Of a stretch of 64,000 bases of DNA, positions 38,805 through 49,430 are shown one piece after another. How positions within the stretch are numbered: position 1 is the stretch's first letter; the number at the start of each line of letters is the position of its first letter. Under the pieces are notes generated by a model that saw nothing but the letters and a program-made list of their open reading frames with translations, made no database searches and had not been told where the DNA came from. Source of the DNA: Squalus acanthias (Eukaryota); NCBI GenBank assembly GCA_030390025.1, contig CM059429.1, positions 118,172,001 to 118,236,000 of the forward strand, written 5' to 3'. A program made the translations under genes and the position numbers.

Positions 38805-39443
38805 TGCTATCTTAATGTTTGAAATTACTTTTTACACAGTATTTACATTGGATTTTATTTGGGAGTCCCAATTTTCCTTTACAAATTGTTTTTTTAAAAC
38901 CATAAACTCTCAATTTGCTGCATCCTTCTCCAGTGGTTGAGAGTTATAAGGATAAATACATATAGAGAATGCTAAATGCTGTGGAACATGATAGCCTCTG
39001 AGCTGCAGGGACCATGGAAATGCCAAGACAGGCAACCAGTCAGGAATGTCTAATGTACACTGTAGATTTAGATACAAATTTTAGAGTTGTGCTAGGTTTA
39101 TCTTTGGAATGCAGGGAGATGAAATGGATTGGCGCGAGTCCATGACAGAACAGATTGCACATAGTCTGTGGAGGGAACAGTCTTGATGGGCCAAATTGCT
39201 TTTTCTCATTTTATGCTTTCTTAAGCTGTTGAAAAAGTCGCAGAGTTTGGATTATGCATTTCTTCGTTACCATTTTCAGTATCATTTCACGATCAGTCTT
39301 CAAGAGCTTCAATGTTTCCCCACAGAACATTAAATTTGTGTGCATTAACTATCTTAGGGCAGTTAATCATCATAGCATTAAATGCTTTTGTTATGAATGA
39401 GCTGGAGAAAAAGCACAAGGAGAGATGATCAGGTACTCCAAGG

Positions 39444-40035
39444 GTGACCCCGAGCTTCCGGTCGCTTGTCATTTTAATTCACCGCTCCACGCCCACTCAG
39501 ACCTCACCGTCCTCGGCTTCTTGTATTGTTCCACGGAAGCTCAGCGTGAGCTCGAGGAACAGCACCTCATCTTCCGATTAGGCACTTTACAGCCTTCCGG
39601 ACTCTCTATCGAGTTCAACAATTTCAGATCATAACTTCGTCCCCACCATATTTTATCCACACTTTTGGTTTGTGCCTTTTCCCCTTTTTTTTTCTCCCCC
39701 ACGGCAGCTGTCTTTCATTCTGCCAGCATTTCATACTTCACACTTCTGAGCCATCTTTTGTTTCTTAACCTGTCCTATTACCATCTCGCCTTGAGCATCT
39801 CTTGATGTCTCTACTTATCACAGACCTCCCCTTTTGTTCTTTTATTCCTTCCCCCAGCCTCCCACTTGCTTTTTTTATCTGTTTCATTTCCTGCTTTTTT
39901 CTCCGTTCTGACGAAGGGTCTTCGACCTGAAACGTTAACTCTGTTTCTCTCTCCACGGATGTTGCCTGGCCTGCTGAGTTTTTCCAGCGTTTTCTGTTGT
40001 TTCAATTTTCCAGCATCCGCAGTATTTTGCTATTG
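39444..40035 (+). mobile_element. 5'-truncated Penelope-like element: GIY-YIG endonuclease C-terminus, 3'UTR, hammerhead, tail
   Basis: PVACHFNSPLH.HSDLTVLG...RELEEQHLIFRLGTLQPSGLSIEFNNF* (to 39634) is the typical PLE endonuclease end; 9-bp TSD ACTCCAAGG at 39435-39443 and 40036-40044. Confidence 0.93.
39905..39939 (+). ncRNA. Minimal type I hammerhead ribozyme motif (PLE-type)
   Basis: GUU-CUGACGA-A-GGGUC-UUC-GACCU-GAAA-CG-U-U-AAC. Confidence 0.8.
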
Positions 40036-40475
40036 ACTCCAAGGAAGTACGTTGCTTCCTGTGGTGCTGGGAACCGTGGAATTGTCACCAATGAAATTCA
40101 GCTTTTTTGGGTTGAATGATGTAATGTTAAGTTGCTGTCCTGAAATTTTGCCTGATCACTTGTCGTCAGTCGCTTCCTTTCAGGAGATTAAATACATTTG
40201 ATAAAGTTTATTGTTGGGATTGTGTAATTATGTTGTAATAAGGCAATTTTCATCATAAATATGGACTAGGAATTTATAATGGGAAAATTTGACATAAGGT
40301 GCCAGCCGGTGTGAGATTCTTAATGTATTTCTGAGATTGTACAACTGGGCAGAACAATTTGTAAATTGTGCAGCTTTATTAATCCATTCTCTGTGAAGGA
40401 GGATTGAAAGTTTTGGTCCAAATGAGATTGTGTTACTCATCTGCTGTGGGCTATAGTATGTAGGTGGAAATCTTT

Positions 40476-40800
40476 TTGCCAACCCTCTAAATTGTCCTTG
40501 TGTCTCCAGGAATTATAGTTTAATGTCCTGAACACTGCTGTGAGCAACCCAGGAGAAAAGTCAGAGGGGTATTTTCTTTGAGATAGGGAAATACGGTTGT
40601 TTGACAGAGCGGGGCAGTTGGAAGTAGGAGGTCATATGATGAAACCTCCAAGAATACATCCAGCCAGAGTTTGAAATGCTATACTGCTTGATGTTGTCAA
40701 ACCATGATCTTTGTGGCCATCTGCTTCCTTTCCTTGAGTTGTCCATTCATATGGTGGGTGTTGGCTTTCCATCTTTGCCACAAATTGCTTGGCAATACGG
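40476..40800. mobile_element. Decayed hAT-type (AGGGTTGCCAAC-like TIR) MITE
   Basis: TTGCCAACCCTCT...TCTCCAGGAATT start and TTGGCAA end; related termini at 56320-56343. Confidence 0.45.
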
Positions 40801-42332
40801 GAAGAATACCTGCTGTTAACGGGGGCAACAATATGTTGCTCAGTAAAAAGTAACGTTGTCTGAATGTAAAACATATTATTAGATGATAAAGATGGAGCAG
40901 TTTATAGAATATATGCCCTGCAGATTCTGCTTTCAGTTGGCATTTTATTCCACGAGCAAGGAAAACTTGATTGGACTATTGGGCCGTTGCTTCATTAACG
41001 GAGCTGGAAAGAATGTACAAATTCTAGCCATGAACGTGACATTAATTGCCTGCTCGTGGGTTAACTGGGATCTAATTGTTACAAAAATTGGCTCCGTTTC
41101 ATTGCGCTTCAGTCTTACAGGAATCTGTATCTTTACTACTTTGAATGGAGCATTTGTGTGCAGATTTACTGGCAGGCTTACAGTGCCTGTGGGCATCATT
41201 ATTGCTTGAATTGCAGAATTTTCACTTAAATATTACCCACATTAATGCATACCTGGACCACTTTGTTTACAGTCACCGCTTGCTCAGGGTTCCTGTGAAC
41301 AGAATGTGGGTAAAATTTTGCTAATGTCTTTTGAATTGTCAGCAAGTACTATCTGATTAGGAATATTAGTTCTGGGTCTCTTGATGTGAGCTTGTTGACC
41401 TGAACTAAGAACCCTCAGCAGTGATGGATGGCGGTTCAGATTTGTTACTTTCCAAAGGGTGTTTGCTGATCTGCTGGGGTTAATAGCATTCGGTAGTGTT
41501 CCCTGTAAGGTAGTCAAACAGCAATTATCTGCCTCATTTGACTGACTAATAGATTGGAGATTTTTTATCAAGGGCAAAAAAGAACTTTAACAAAAAAAAA
41601 ATGACAAGAGTGCCAGATGTGGTGTAAGAATTCATGAAAACTGAAATGAGAAAGATCTGCAAAAAGTATTGAACATCGGACGCTAAGAGGTAGTGAGAAT
41701 GACGGAAGGAGACAATTGATGGGGGTTGGGGGCGCGGAGGCAGGCGAATGAGGTGTATTATTCAATTACGTGTGTGCGCATCAGAGAAGGGATTAAGAAG
41801 AATCTGTGAATCAGCAATTTGTCGTCATAAAAAAAATCCAAACCCTAACATGCAGAAGAAGATTTTAAAGGGACACTGTTTTCATGAAATGGTTCTGTAG
41901 GACTTTTAATTGTGTAGAGAGAGGGAGGTGTGGGAGAAGTCATATGCATGTTCATCATGATAATGTTATGCAGAAGCAACTTTATAAATTTTGGCAGGAT
42001 TATATAGACAATGAACAGTTTGCTCCCGCTTAATGCTACAGTATCTTCCTTTTCAGGAACTGTAATTATATATTTTTAGAACTAACCGATCTCCTATGAC
42101 GTTGGTCATGGTAAATTGGATGATACGCAATTTTATAAGGACGAGTGCTACATCACACACAAGGTATTATTCCACTGATAAAGTAGAACTCAGACCCTTT
42201 AAGGCAAAAAAGGTTATCTATCTTTGTAAATGTCTTTTTCACTCTCTTTCCCCCCTTCCCATGTGTCCCTCTGTCTCCTTTCATTGCATTATCTGTGTCT
42301 GACTCCCTTTACCATTGTTTCTGTCTCAAACT

Positions 42333-43622
42333 TTGTATACTCTCTGGAGTTTAGAAGAACGAGAGGTGATCTTATTTAAACATAGCGGGGAGAAATTCGG
42401 TATCGCCCCGTTTGGGGTGCAATTATCGGTCGGGCGCAAAGTTTAGCGCCTGGTGCTAATTATTGCCTCCGACTGCAAACTTGGCTTCTATTGCCCCTGG
42501 AGGTGATTGGAGCGCTAAATCAGGTGCTACACACCTCTCTAAGGCGCTAACGCCGAGGAGCGAGGTGCTACCTCAGAGCGCTGATGAAGCTCGTGATGTC
42601 AGTCAGCAATGGAACACTGACACACTGGCGCCGGCCAGTTCTTAAAGGGGAGGGTCGATCTTGCTCTCCATCCACACCCTGCTCATTGCAGCCTTGAATC
42701 TCGGCCTGTAGAGACCTGTACATCAAATCTGCTGGAAAGAACAATGGAGAGGCCCAGGGAAAGAGCTCAGAGTGCAGCCCCCAAAGTCTCTTCTAAATCG
42801 ATGCAAGGAAGGTCAAATTAAAATGAACCTGCAAAATGATGCTCAGTACCCAAAACTCCTTCACACAGCGTTGAATCTCTCTCGAAGTCTCTCTCTCAGA
42901 ATGCGTGGTGCAAAAATGTCGGTGACAAAAAAGGCAGGAAGCGGTCGCCTTTAAACAGCGCTCCCCCAGTCCCTTCCCGACTGCAAAACGCTCCCCTCAA
43001 CCTGTCATTGCTAGCGGTAAGGCAGGGGACGCCACTCAATATCCAGTCTAGGGCGTTGCACGCTCGACTGACATCACGATCTGTGGGTACGAGATCGTGG
43101 CGGTAGAGTTTAGCGCCGCTGCAAAATGTCTGGTCAATTTCGCGAACGGCGCAAACATCGCCGCGCCCGGGCACTAGTTGCTTTGTGCCTCATTAGCGCC
43201 CTCTTAGGGCGTTAACGGGAGGCGCAAAGCAACCAAATTTTTCCCCCATAAGATTCTGAGGGGGATTGGCAGGGTAGGTGCTGAGAGGTTGTTTCCCCTG
43301 GCTGGAGAGTCTAGAACTAGGGGGCATAGTCTCAGGATAAAGGAGTTGACCATTTAAGACTGAGATGAGGAAGGATTTCTTCACTCAGAGGGTTGTGAAT
43401 CTTTGGCATTCTCTACCCTAAAGGGCTGTGGATGGTGAATCGTTGAGTATATTCAAGGCTGCGATCGATAGATTTTTGGACTCTAGGGGAAATCATGGGA
43501 TATGGGGATCGGGCGGGAAAGTGGAGTTGAGGTAGAATATCAGCCCTGATCTTATTGAATGGCAGAGCAGGCTCGAGGGGCCGTATGGCCTACTCCTGCT
43601 CCTAATTCTTATGTTCTTATGT
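42333..43622 (+). mobile_element. CR1 3' fragment split by a Harbinger element
   Basis: TACTCTCTGGAGTTTAGAAGAACGAGAGGTGATCTTATTTAAAC[ATA] resumes at 43248 as ATAAGATTCTGAGGGG..., ending in the TTCTTATGTTCTTATG tail. Confidence 0.92.
42385..43247. mobile_element. Harbinger-type non-autonomous element nested in CR1
   Basis: TIR GGGGAGAAATTCGGT / ACCAAATTTTTCCCC; ATA TSD; removing it restores the CR1 sequence; Myb-start-like MERPRERA at about 42744. Confidence 0.88.
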
Positions 43623-44525
43623 GTCTCCTAAGAGGGAGGGATGGAGATGGGGGAAGCAAAGGCGGGGAAACCACCTCAGCAGATAGGAGGAACTATTCCA
43701 GGTCACATTTTACTGCTCATGGAGGGGTTCCAATGCTAGGTAGTTGTGGGGTGGCGTTTGAACTATACTAGATGCTATTTTGCTGCTCAGTGGGTGGCAG
43801 GCTGTGCTAAGCCAGATCCAGTTTTATTGCACAGTGGAGAGGGAGAGATTGAGATGGGCCTGGTTAAAGTTTCATTTTTCTTTTGGACGGGGACAGTGTT
43901 TGAGGTGTTCAGCGTCCTGTTTCACTGCTCAGTAGATGGTGGGCCTAGCTATGCCTGATCCTGTTCTAAAGTTTTTTGGTGTTGGCAGGATTTCATGGTT
44001 TTCTTTTACTTCTGGTTTTAATGCTCAGTGGGAGGAGGTAGCTTTACAAGGTCCAGTTTCTTTGCTCAGTAGTGGAGGGAAGAGTAGTTGAGCTGTGCCG
44101 TGTCCAATCTTGGTTTCCAGAGAAATGCAAATCTGTAACTGTGATCTCTACTATTAATTCAAGGATTGCTCTTCAAACTGTTCAACCGATACTGTTATCA
44201 ATTGATCTTGAGCACAGTATTCCAAAATTCAAAGGCAATAAGTGATGCAGGTTTTTACAGTCAGCTCAGGCACTTCTTTTGCGAGATAAAGTGTTCACTG
44301 GTGTGATCTTCTTGCATTACTTCAGACACTGCTTTCAAAACTGCTAAATTGCTATGTTGGTTGGGGAGGAGGGTGAAGAATATTTTGCTTGCATTATGAC
44401 TTTTGAAACGTAGACCCATGAAAGAAAGATTCTCTGACACACTACGAATTGAACGATGACCGGATGAGTTCTCAAATTATAAGGTTGTAGGAGACGAGCA
44501 ACGTAAAGGACACCGTGAGATCGAA

Positions 44526-44538
44526 AGTTCAAAGGTCA
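44526..44538 (+). promoter_or_regulatory. Consensus DR1 nuclear-receptor element (AGTTCA-A-AGGTCA), overlapping a TCF/LEF-like TTCAAAG
   Basis: Exact motif match in unique CpG-retaining sequence; function not shown. Confidence 0.35.
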
Positions 44539-44559
44539 GTACAGTGGGTTTGTCACATA

Positions 44560-45000
44560 GGCCCTGCTTTTAGCTCCAGGAGGATTCCCCACTCAGGCCT
44601 GAGTTAAAATTACAGTCGGGTCTCAATGATGTCATCAGGCTGCAACCAAAGTTCCCTTTAAGCCGCGCCGCTGCACAGCTCTCTGGACCTCCCACGCAGC
44701 CGACTCGCCGGCTTTTCAATGGGAAAAAATCATGCATGCGCGGTATTTTGAATGGGCCGTGCAGCCCCTTTAAAGGGGCCACACTCCCCCAAAAAATTAA
44801 TGGGAACATTGGCCGCAACATGCATATATAAAGAAGGACCCTGTTGGCTCCGGGCACGTGTCCTTGCTACCTGCTCAAGAGAGCTGGTTAAAATTGCAGA
44901 TGTTGCGATCATGTCGGCTTTCGGACAGGTAAGAGCCAGGGCAATTTTAACTGCCTACTCGCCAGGCTTTTGCTGAGCGAGTAGGGTTAAAATCACCCCC
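44560..45000. mobile_element. Harbinger-type MITE
   Basis: ATA flanks both ends (44557-44559, 45001-45003); ends GGCCCTGCTTTTAGC / GGTTAAAATCACCCCC. Confidence 0.7.
44647..44811. mobile_element. hAT MITE (165 bp) nested in the Harbinger MITE
   Basis: TIR CAAAGTTCCC / GGGAACATTG; 8-bp TSD GCTGCAAC (44639-44646) / GCCGCAAC (44812-44819). Confidence 0.8.
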
Positions 45001-45041
45001 ATAATCTTCGTTGAGCTCCACTGTACTTAAGGTGATCTTCA

Positions 45042-45060
45042 TAGCGCCACCTGCAGCCAC
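45042..45060 (-). promoter_or_regulatory. CTCF-like motif
   Basis: Minus strand GTGGCTGCAGGTGGCGCTA versus consensus CCASYAGRKGGCRSYA. Confidence 0.4.
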
Positions 45061-45987
45061 AGTACCAATCAACTATTGCAATATTATTACCAGATTCTAC
45101 AATATGCTATTGATGTTTCTTGTAAATACACGTACTTATAAGCAGCTTGAAGGTATGAGTGTTATTGATATTGCTCCTCATGCCATAATTTATTTTCTAT
45201 AAAGGGATTTGCTTAGATTTATACTAGATTTTATGACCAAATCGTAATACAAAACACCAAGGTATAAAATTTAGGAAAACAACTGGATTTAATGTTTGTC
45301 TAATAATTTTGTAAACTTTCAAATAGCAAGAACAGGTGCTGAGAATTCCCAAGGTTCACAGCCGTGTGATCTTTTTGTCATTTAGCAGAACTTAACTAGA
45401 TGGCAATGCAGATCATTGAACAGCACAGGCCTGTACGTCATGCAGGAGCATTTTATATTCTATTCTCAGTAGGAGAAAACGTGTGAAGCACTTTAGTGTG
45501 GTTTTTGGCTCAGAGTGGAACAAGCAATTTTGAAATAGGATCAAAAGCTTCACTGTACAGCAGTGCTGAGATACATTACTGAGCATTTGATGGGAAAAAG
45601 TATACGGTGGCTCACTTCTAATTTGTATAAAATTTAACTGTTTGGGATTTCTTAATGTCATTTTATGGTACAACAAGGAATTTAATATGAGGAAATGAGT
45701 AGTGAGAGAGTGGTGGAGTGTCGTTTTACGGAGCGAATATTGACAGCACTGTGTCAGCCAATGAGTTGGAGGTGGGGACGGGGTGGGGCGGGACTTGTGG
45801 TTTTAATTTAAAGTCTCTGAAATGCAACCCTTTTAATGTTCTTGCTATTTCAGTGTGGTAACATGTAAGTCAGCCCCCACAATTCTCAGCACCATCAGTT
45901 CCCAGACTTGCCTGGGCTGTGCGGAAGAGGCACCAAACTGAGACTGAGGTTCTTCAACACACAGGGGGAGAAAGTCAATCTGGCCTC

Positions 45988-46415
45988 CCGTTCTCAGGAC
46001 ATGCCCAAGTGCTTTACAGCGAATGAAGTACTTCATGAAGTGTAGTCACTGTTGTAATGTAGGAAACGTGACAGCCAATTTGCGCACAGCAAGCTCCCAC
46101 AAACCACAATGAGATAATGACCAGATAATCTATTTATTTAGTGATGTTGGTTGAGAGATAAATATTGGCTAGAAGAGAACTCCCCTGCTCCTCTTCGAAA
46201 TAGTGCAATGGGATCTTTTACATCCACCTTAGAGGATAGACAGGGCCTCGGTTTAGCGTCTCATCCAAAGGACGGCACCTCTGACAGTGCAGCACTCCGT
46301 CAGTACTGCACTGCAATGTCAGTCTAGATTTTGTGCTCAAATCTTGGGAGTGGGGCTTGAACCCACAACTTTCTGACTCAGAGTAGAGAGTGCTACACAC
46401 TGAGCCATGGCTGAC
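45988..46415 (-). mobile_element. tRNA-derived DeuSINE (SacSINE1-like)
   Basis: Minus strand GTCAGCCATGGCTCAGTGTGTAGC (A box)...GGTTCAAGCCC (B box) followed by the Deu core (AGGTGCCGTCCTTTGGATGAGACGCTAAACCGAGGCCC..AAAGATCCCATTGCACTATTTCGAAGA). Confidence 0.9.
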
Positions 46416-46879
46416 ACCATTACAGCATTGTGGTATTGTAAAAATTTGTTTTCACCATAATAAACCGTAATGCAATTAATTTGGACTAGATTGACTCGGT
46501 GGGATTTAAAAAAAAAAAAATTTGGTATGTCCTGAAGCAATTCACTATGAAGCTGCTCCATCTGTCTGTGTATTGCTGCGCCTGTGATAGTTTCAAATAA
46601 CTTGTTCTATTGCCTTCAAAACTTAACTCAGCATATGTGTAATGGAATTTCTTATTCATCTTAACTGAGAATTAAAGTTCAAAATATCTGATCGAAGGAA
46701 CAGCAGCTGTTGTAGCACCAGAGCAACAGGTGCAGCGTGTGTACTTCTGTATCATTTTACTAATTAATGACTTGTCGGTTGTTGGTTTAAAGCTGGGAAA
46801 TCCGAAATAAAACAAAGACAAAAGCAAAACAATTATGACTGAGGGGAGAAAAAGAGAAAGATAGGAATGTACAAAACTG

Positions 46880-47191
46880 GGTGGGGTGGGGCTGGCAGTG
46901 GAAGACCCATTGTGGGCCATCTGGCTAGTCTCATGCTATGAGCTTTTCTTGTATGTGTTGTACTCTAACCTGTGGGTGTTGGGGTGTAAGCAAGTTAGCC
47001 ACTCTCCTCCTCAGATGGGAAAAGCTCGCGGCTTTGGGAGACTGACCGAAAGGCTGGCCGCCCGAAGTCCACACCGGGGGGTGGGATCTACGCCCTTGTT
47101 CCTTCATTTTCACCACAAGCACCATTAATTTTAATATGCACACCAGCGGTGCCGTCTTCCCACTGGGAGTGCATATTTGTAAAATCGGCCC
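46880..47191. mobile_element. Degenerate MITE fragment
   Basis: Ends GTAAAATCGGCCC (Harbinger-like TIR); left end unclear. Confidence 0.4.
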
Positions 47192-47204
47192 TTTGAAGTT
47201 CACT

Positions 47205-48900
47205 CCAATTGAGGCATGAGCAACTGATCTAGAATTTCCTTATTTAACCCTTTTCCCCTTTATTGAACAAGAGTGTAAAATTTACCATCTTCTGTCCTTT
47301 GGCACAATTCCTGTTTGCCAAGATTTTTGAACAAATTATGACTCCACTGTCTCTTACCCAACTTCCTTCAAGATTCTGTGATGCACTTAGTCCTGTTTTG
47401 AATATTCATCTCCAGTAACGGCTTTTTCACATCCTCCTCAGGTGCTCCTCCTGCCTCCTACTTTCATCTTCTGTAAATAGTAAGTCAAGAATTTCCGCCA
47501 TTCCCTTACTCTTCCAAGTACAAGAACATCTCTTATCCACCCCATCTTTGACTAATCTTTTATTATCCATGTGCTTATAAAAGACTTTACTTTTTCCCTT
47601 TGTGTTGAATGCTTGTCTTCCATACTGTCACTGAGCCGTCCTGATCTTCCTTTTTGCTTCCATTCTACACTTTTTGTGTCCTAATTTTCTTCTGTATTAT
47701 CCTTGATATATTTATTGTATGTCTTTTTTAACCTCATTTTTGCTCCAAATTCTCTCTCTATGGAACTTCAATTTTTGACTTTTGGTGGAAATGCATTTAA
47801 TCTGTATCATCTTCAACTCCTATTGAAATTTCTCCCACTGCTAGCCTGCTGTTTGAACTGACACTTATTCCCAACTAATTAGTCTGCCCTGAATCCGGTT
47901 TCATCCCACTAAGATTAGCTAATTTTTAATTCAATACCTTTTATCTCTTCTGCTTTTCATTTTCTTCATCTGTTTTCAATTCGGTTACGGCCAGTATTTC
48001 CAAAGTGTTCTTCCTTTAGCCACTTACCTGTCCTGTTTTGTTATCCAGAACCAGATCGAGCACTGCATCATTTCTTATTGGACGTACAACTGCGTTCCAA
48101 GAACCCCTCCCCATTATTACAATTCTGTTACTACTTAAATGCTTTTAAATTGTCTCAGAACCTCATCCTCAATTTGTTTTGCACCATTTGGTCATCTATA
48201 ATATACCCCTACTATGATAACATCCCATCGTGTCAGCTGTGGCTCAGTGGGTAGCACACTCACCTCTGAAGGTTGTGGGTTCAAGTCCCACTCCAGGGAC
48301 TTGAGCACATAAAGCTAGGCTGACACTTCAGTGCAGTACTGAGGGACCACTGCACTGTCGGAGGTGCCGTCTTTCAGATGAGATGTTAAACCGAGGCCCC
48401 GTCTGCTCTCTCAGGTGAACGTAAAAGATCCCATGGCACTATTTCGAAGAAGACCAGGGGAGTTATCACCGTTGTCCTGGCCAATATTTATCCCTCCACC
48501 AACACAACAAAAACAGATTATCTGGTCATTCTCACATTGCTGTTTGTGGGACCTTGCTGTGTGCAAATTGAATGCCGCATTTCCCACTTCAGAAAAAAAA
48601 AGTACCTTCATTGGCTGGAAAGCGCTTGGAGACGTCCGGTGGTCGTGAAAGGCGCGATATAAATGCAAGTCTTTTATCTCTTATTTATTAATTCAACCCA
48701 GACAGACTCCAACTGAGCACCACCATCGATAAAAGCTTACCTTTCTATGGCTGTAATCCAACCCTTCAATTAATAATTCCACCTCACGTTTTTTTTTTCC
48801 CCTTCTCCGTCTTTCCTAAAAATATTTTATAGCCAACATATTTAGTCTCGACTGAAGGCAAATTTCCATTAAGGCTACAACATTTTATCCCGCCATTCTA
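47205..48900 (-). mobile_element. Old CR1 ORF2 (endonuclease/tether) relic interrupted by a SINE
   Basis: Pyrimidine-rich sequence colinear with 4560-5950 (e.g. TTATAAAAGACTTTACT, TCTCCCACTG, CCAGAACCAGATCGAGCACTGC, GTCATCTATAATATACCCCTAC). Confidence 0.6.
48232..48675 (+). mobile_element. Full-length tRNA-derived DeuSINE (SacSINE1-like)
   Basis: A box TGGCTCAGTGGG, B box GGTTCAAGTCC, Deu core GGAGGTGCCGTCTTTCAGATGAGATGTTAAACCGAGGCCCC..., L2-like tail GGCGCGATATAAATGCAAGT. Confidence 0.92.
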
Positions 48901-49099
48901 CTTCATTTCAGCAATATTTTTTCTTAATTCATTCTTTGGATAGATGTCCTTGTCCTGGGGCCATTAAGAGTCAGCCACATAAGCGTGGGACTGGGAGGGG
49001 GCAGATTCCCTTCCAGTTGGATTTTTATGACAATCTGGCAGCTTTGATTATTATTTTTTCTGATGCCAGTCTGCAAATTAACATTAATAAATTCAGTTT

Positions 49100-49430
49100 A
49101 ACAATTTATCAATGAGCACAATTGACAGGGTAGACGGGGAATAACTTTTCCCTCTATTGGGGCAATTCAGAACAAGCAGACACTTTCTTTGATATTGAGC
49201 TAAAAGCAAATCCAGGAAAATGTCTTTGTGTAAATGTTTGTAAGAGTGTGGGTGTACTGCCCCACAAGGCCATAGACGTATAGTGAATTGAAGTACTAAA
49301 AAAGGAGTTAGATACTTACTTGGGAAGTAAGATTTTAAGAGATGTGGAGAGAGGGTAGGGAATTGGGAGTAAAGCGATGGAGCTGTCACGGCTAACAAAA
49401 TAGCAGAGCAGAAAGGCTTTTTTATGTTCC
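49100..49430 (+). mobile_element. Old CR1 3' fragment
   Basis: GACAGGGTAGACGGGGAATAACTTTTCCCTCT...AGAACAAG..AAGGAGTTAGAT..GATGTGGAGAGAGGGTAGGGAATTGGG. Confidence 0.6.

Noticed and set aside
44460-44500. Hammerhead-like CGGAUGAG...GAGACGAG
   Set aside because: Core mismatches (no CUGA, no GAAA) and stem II does not pair.
48232-48300. tRNA gene
   Set aside because: It is the tRNA-derived head of a DeuSINE, with no complete cloverleaf; the same applies to 46340-46415.
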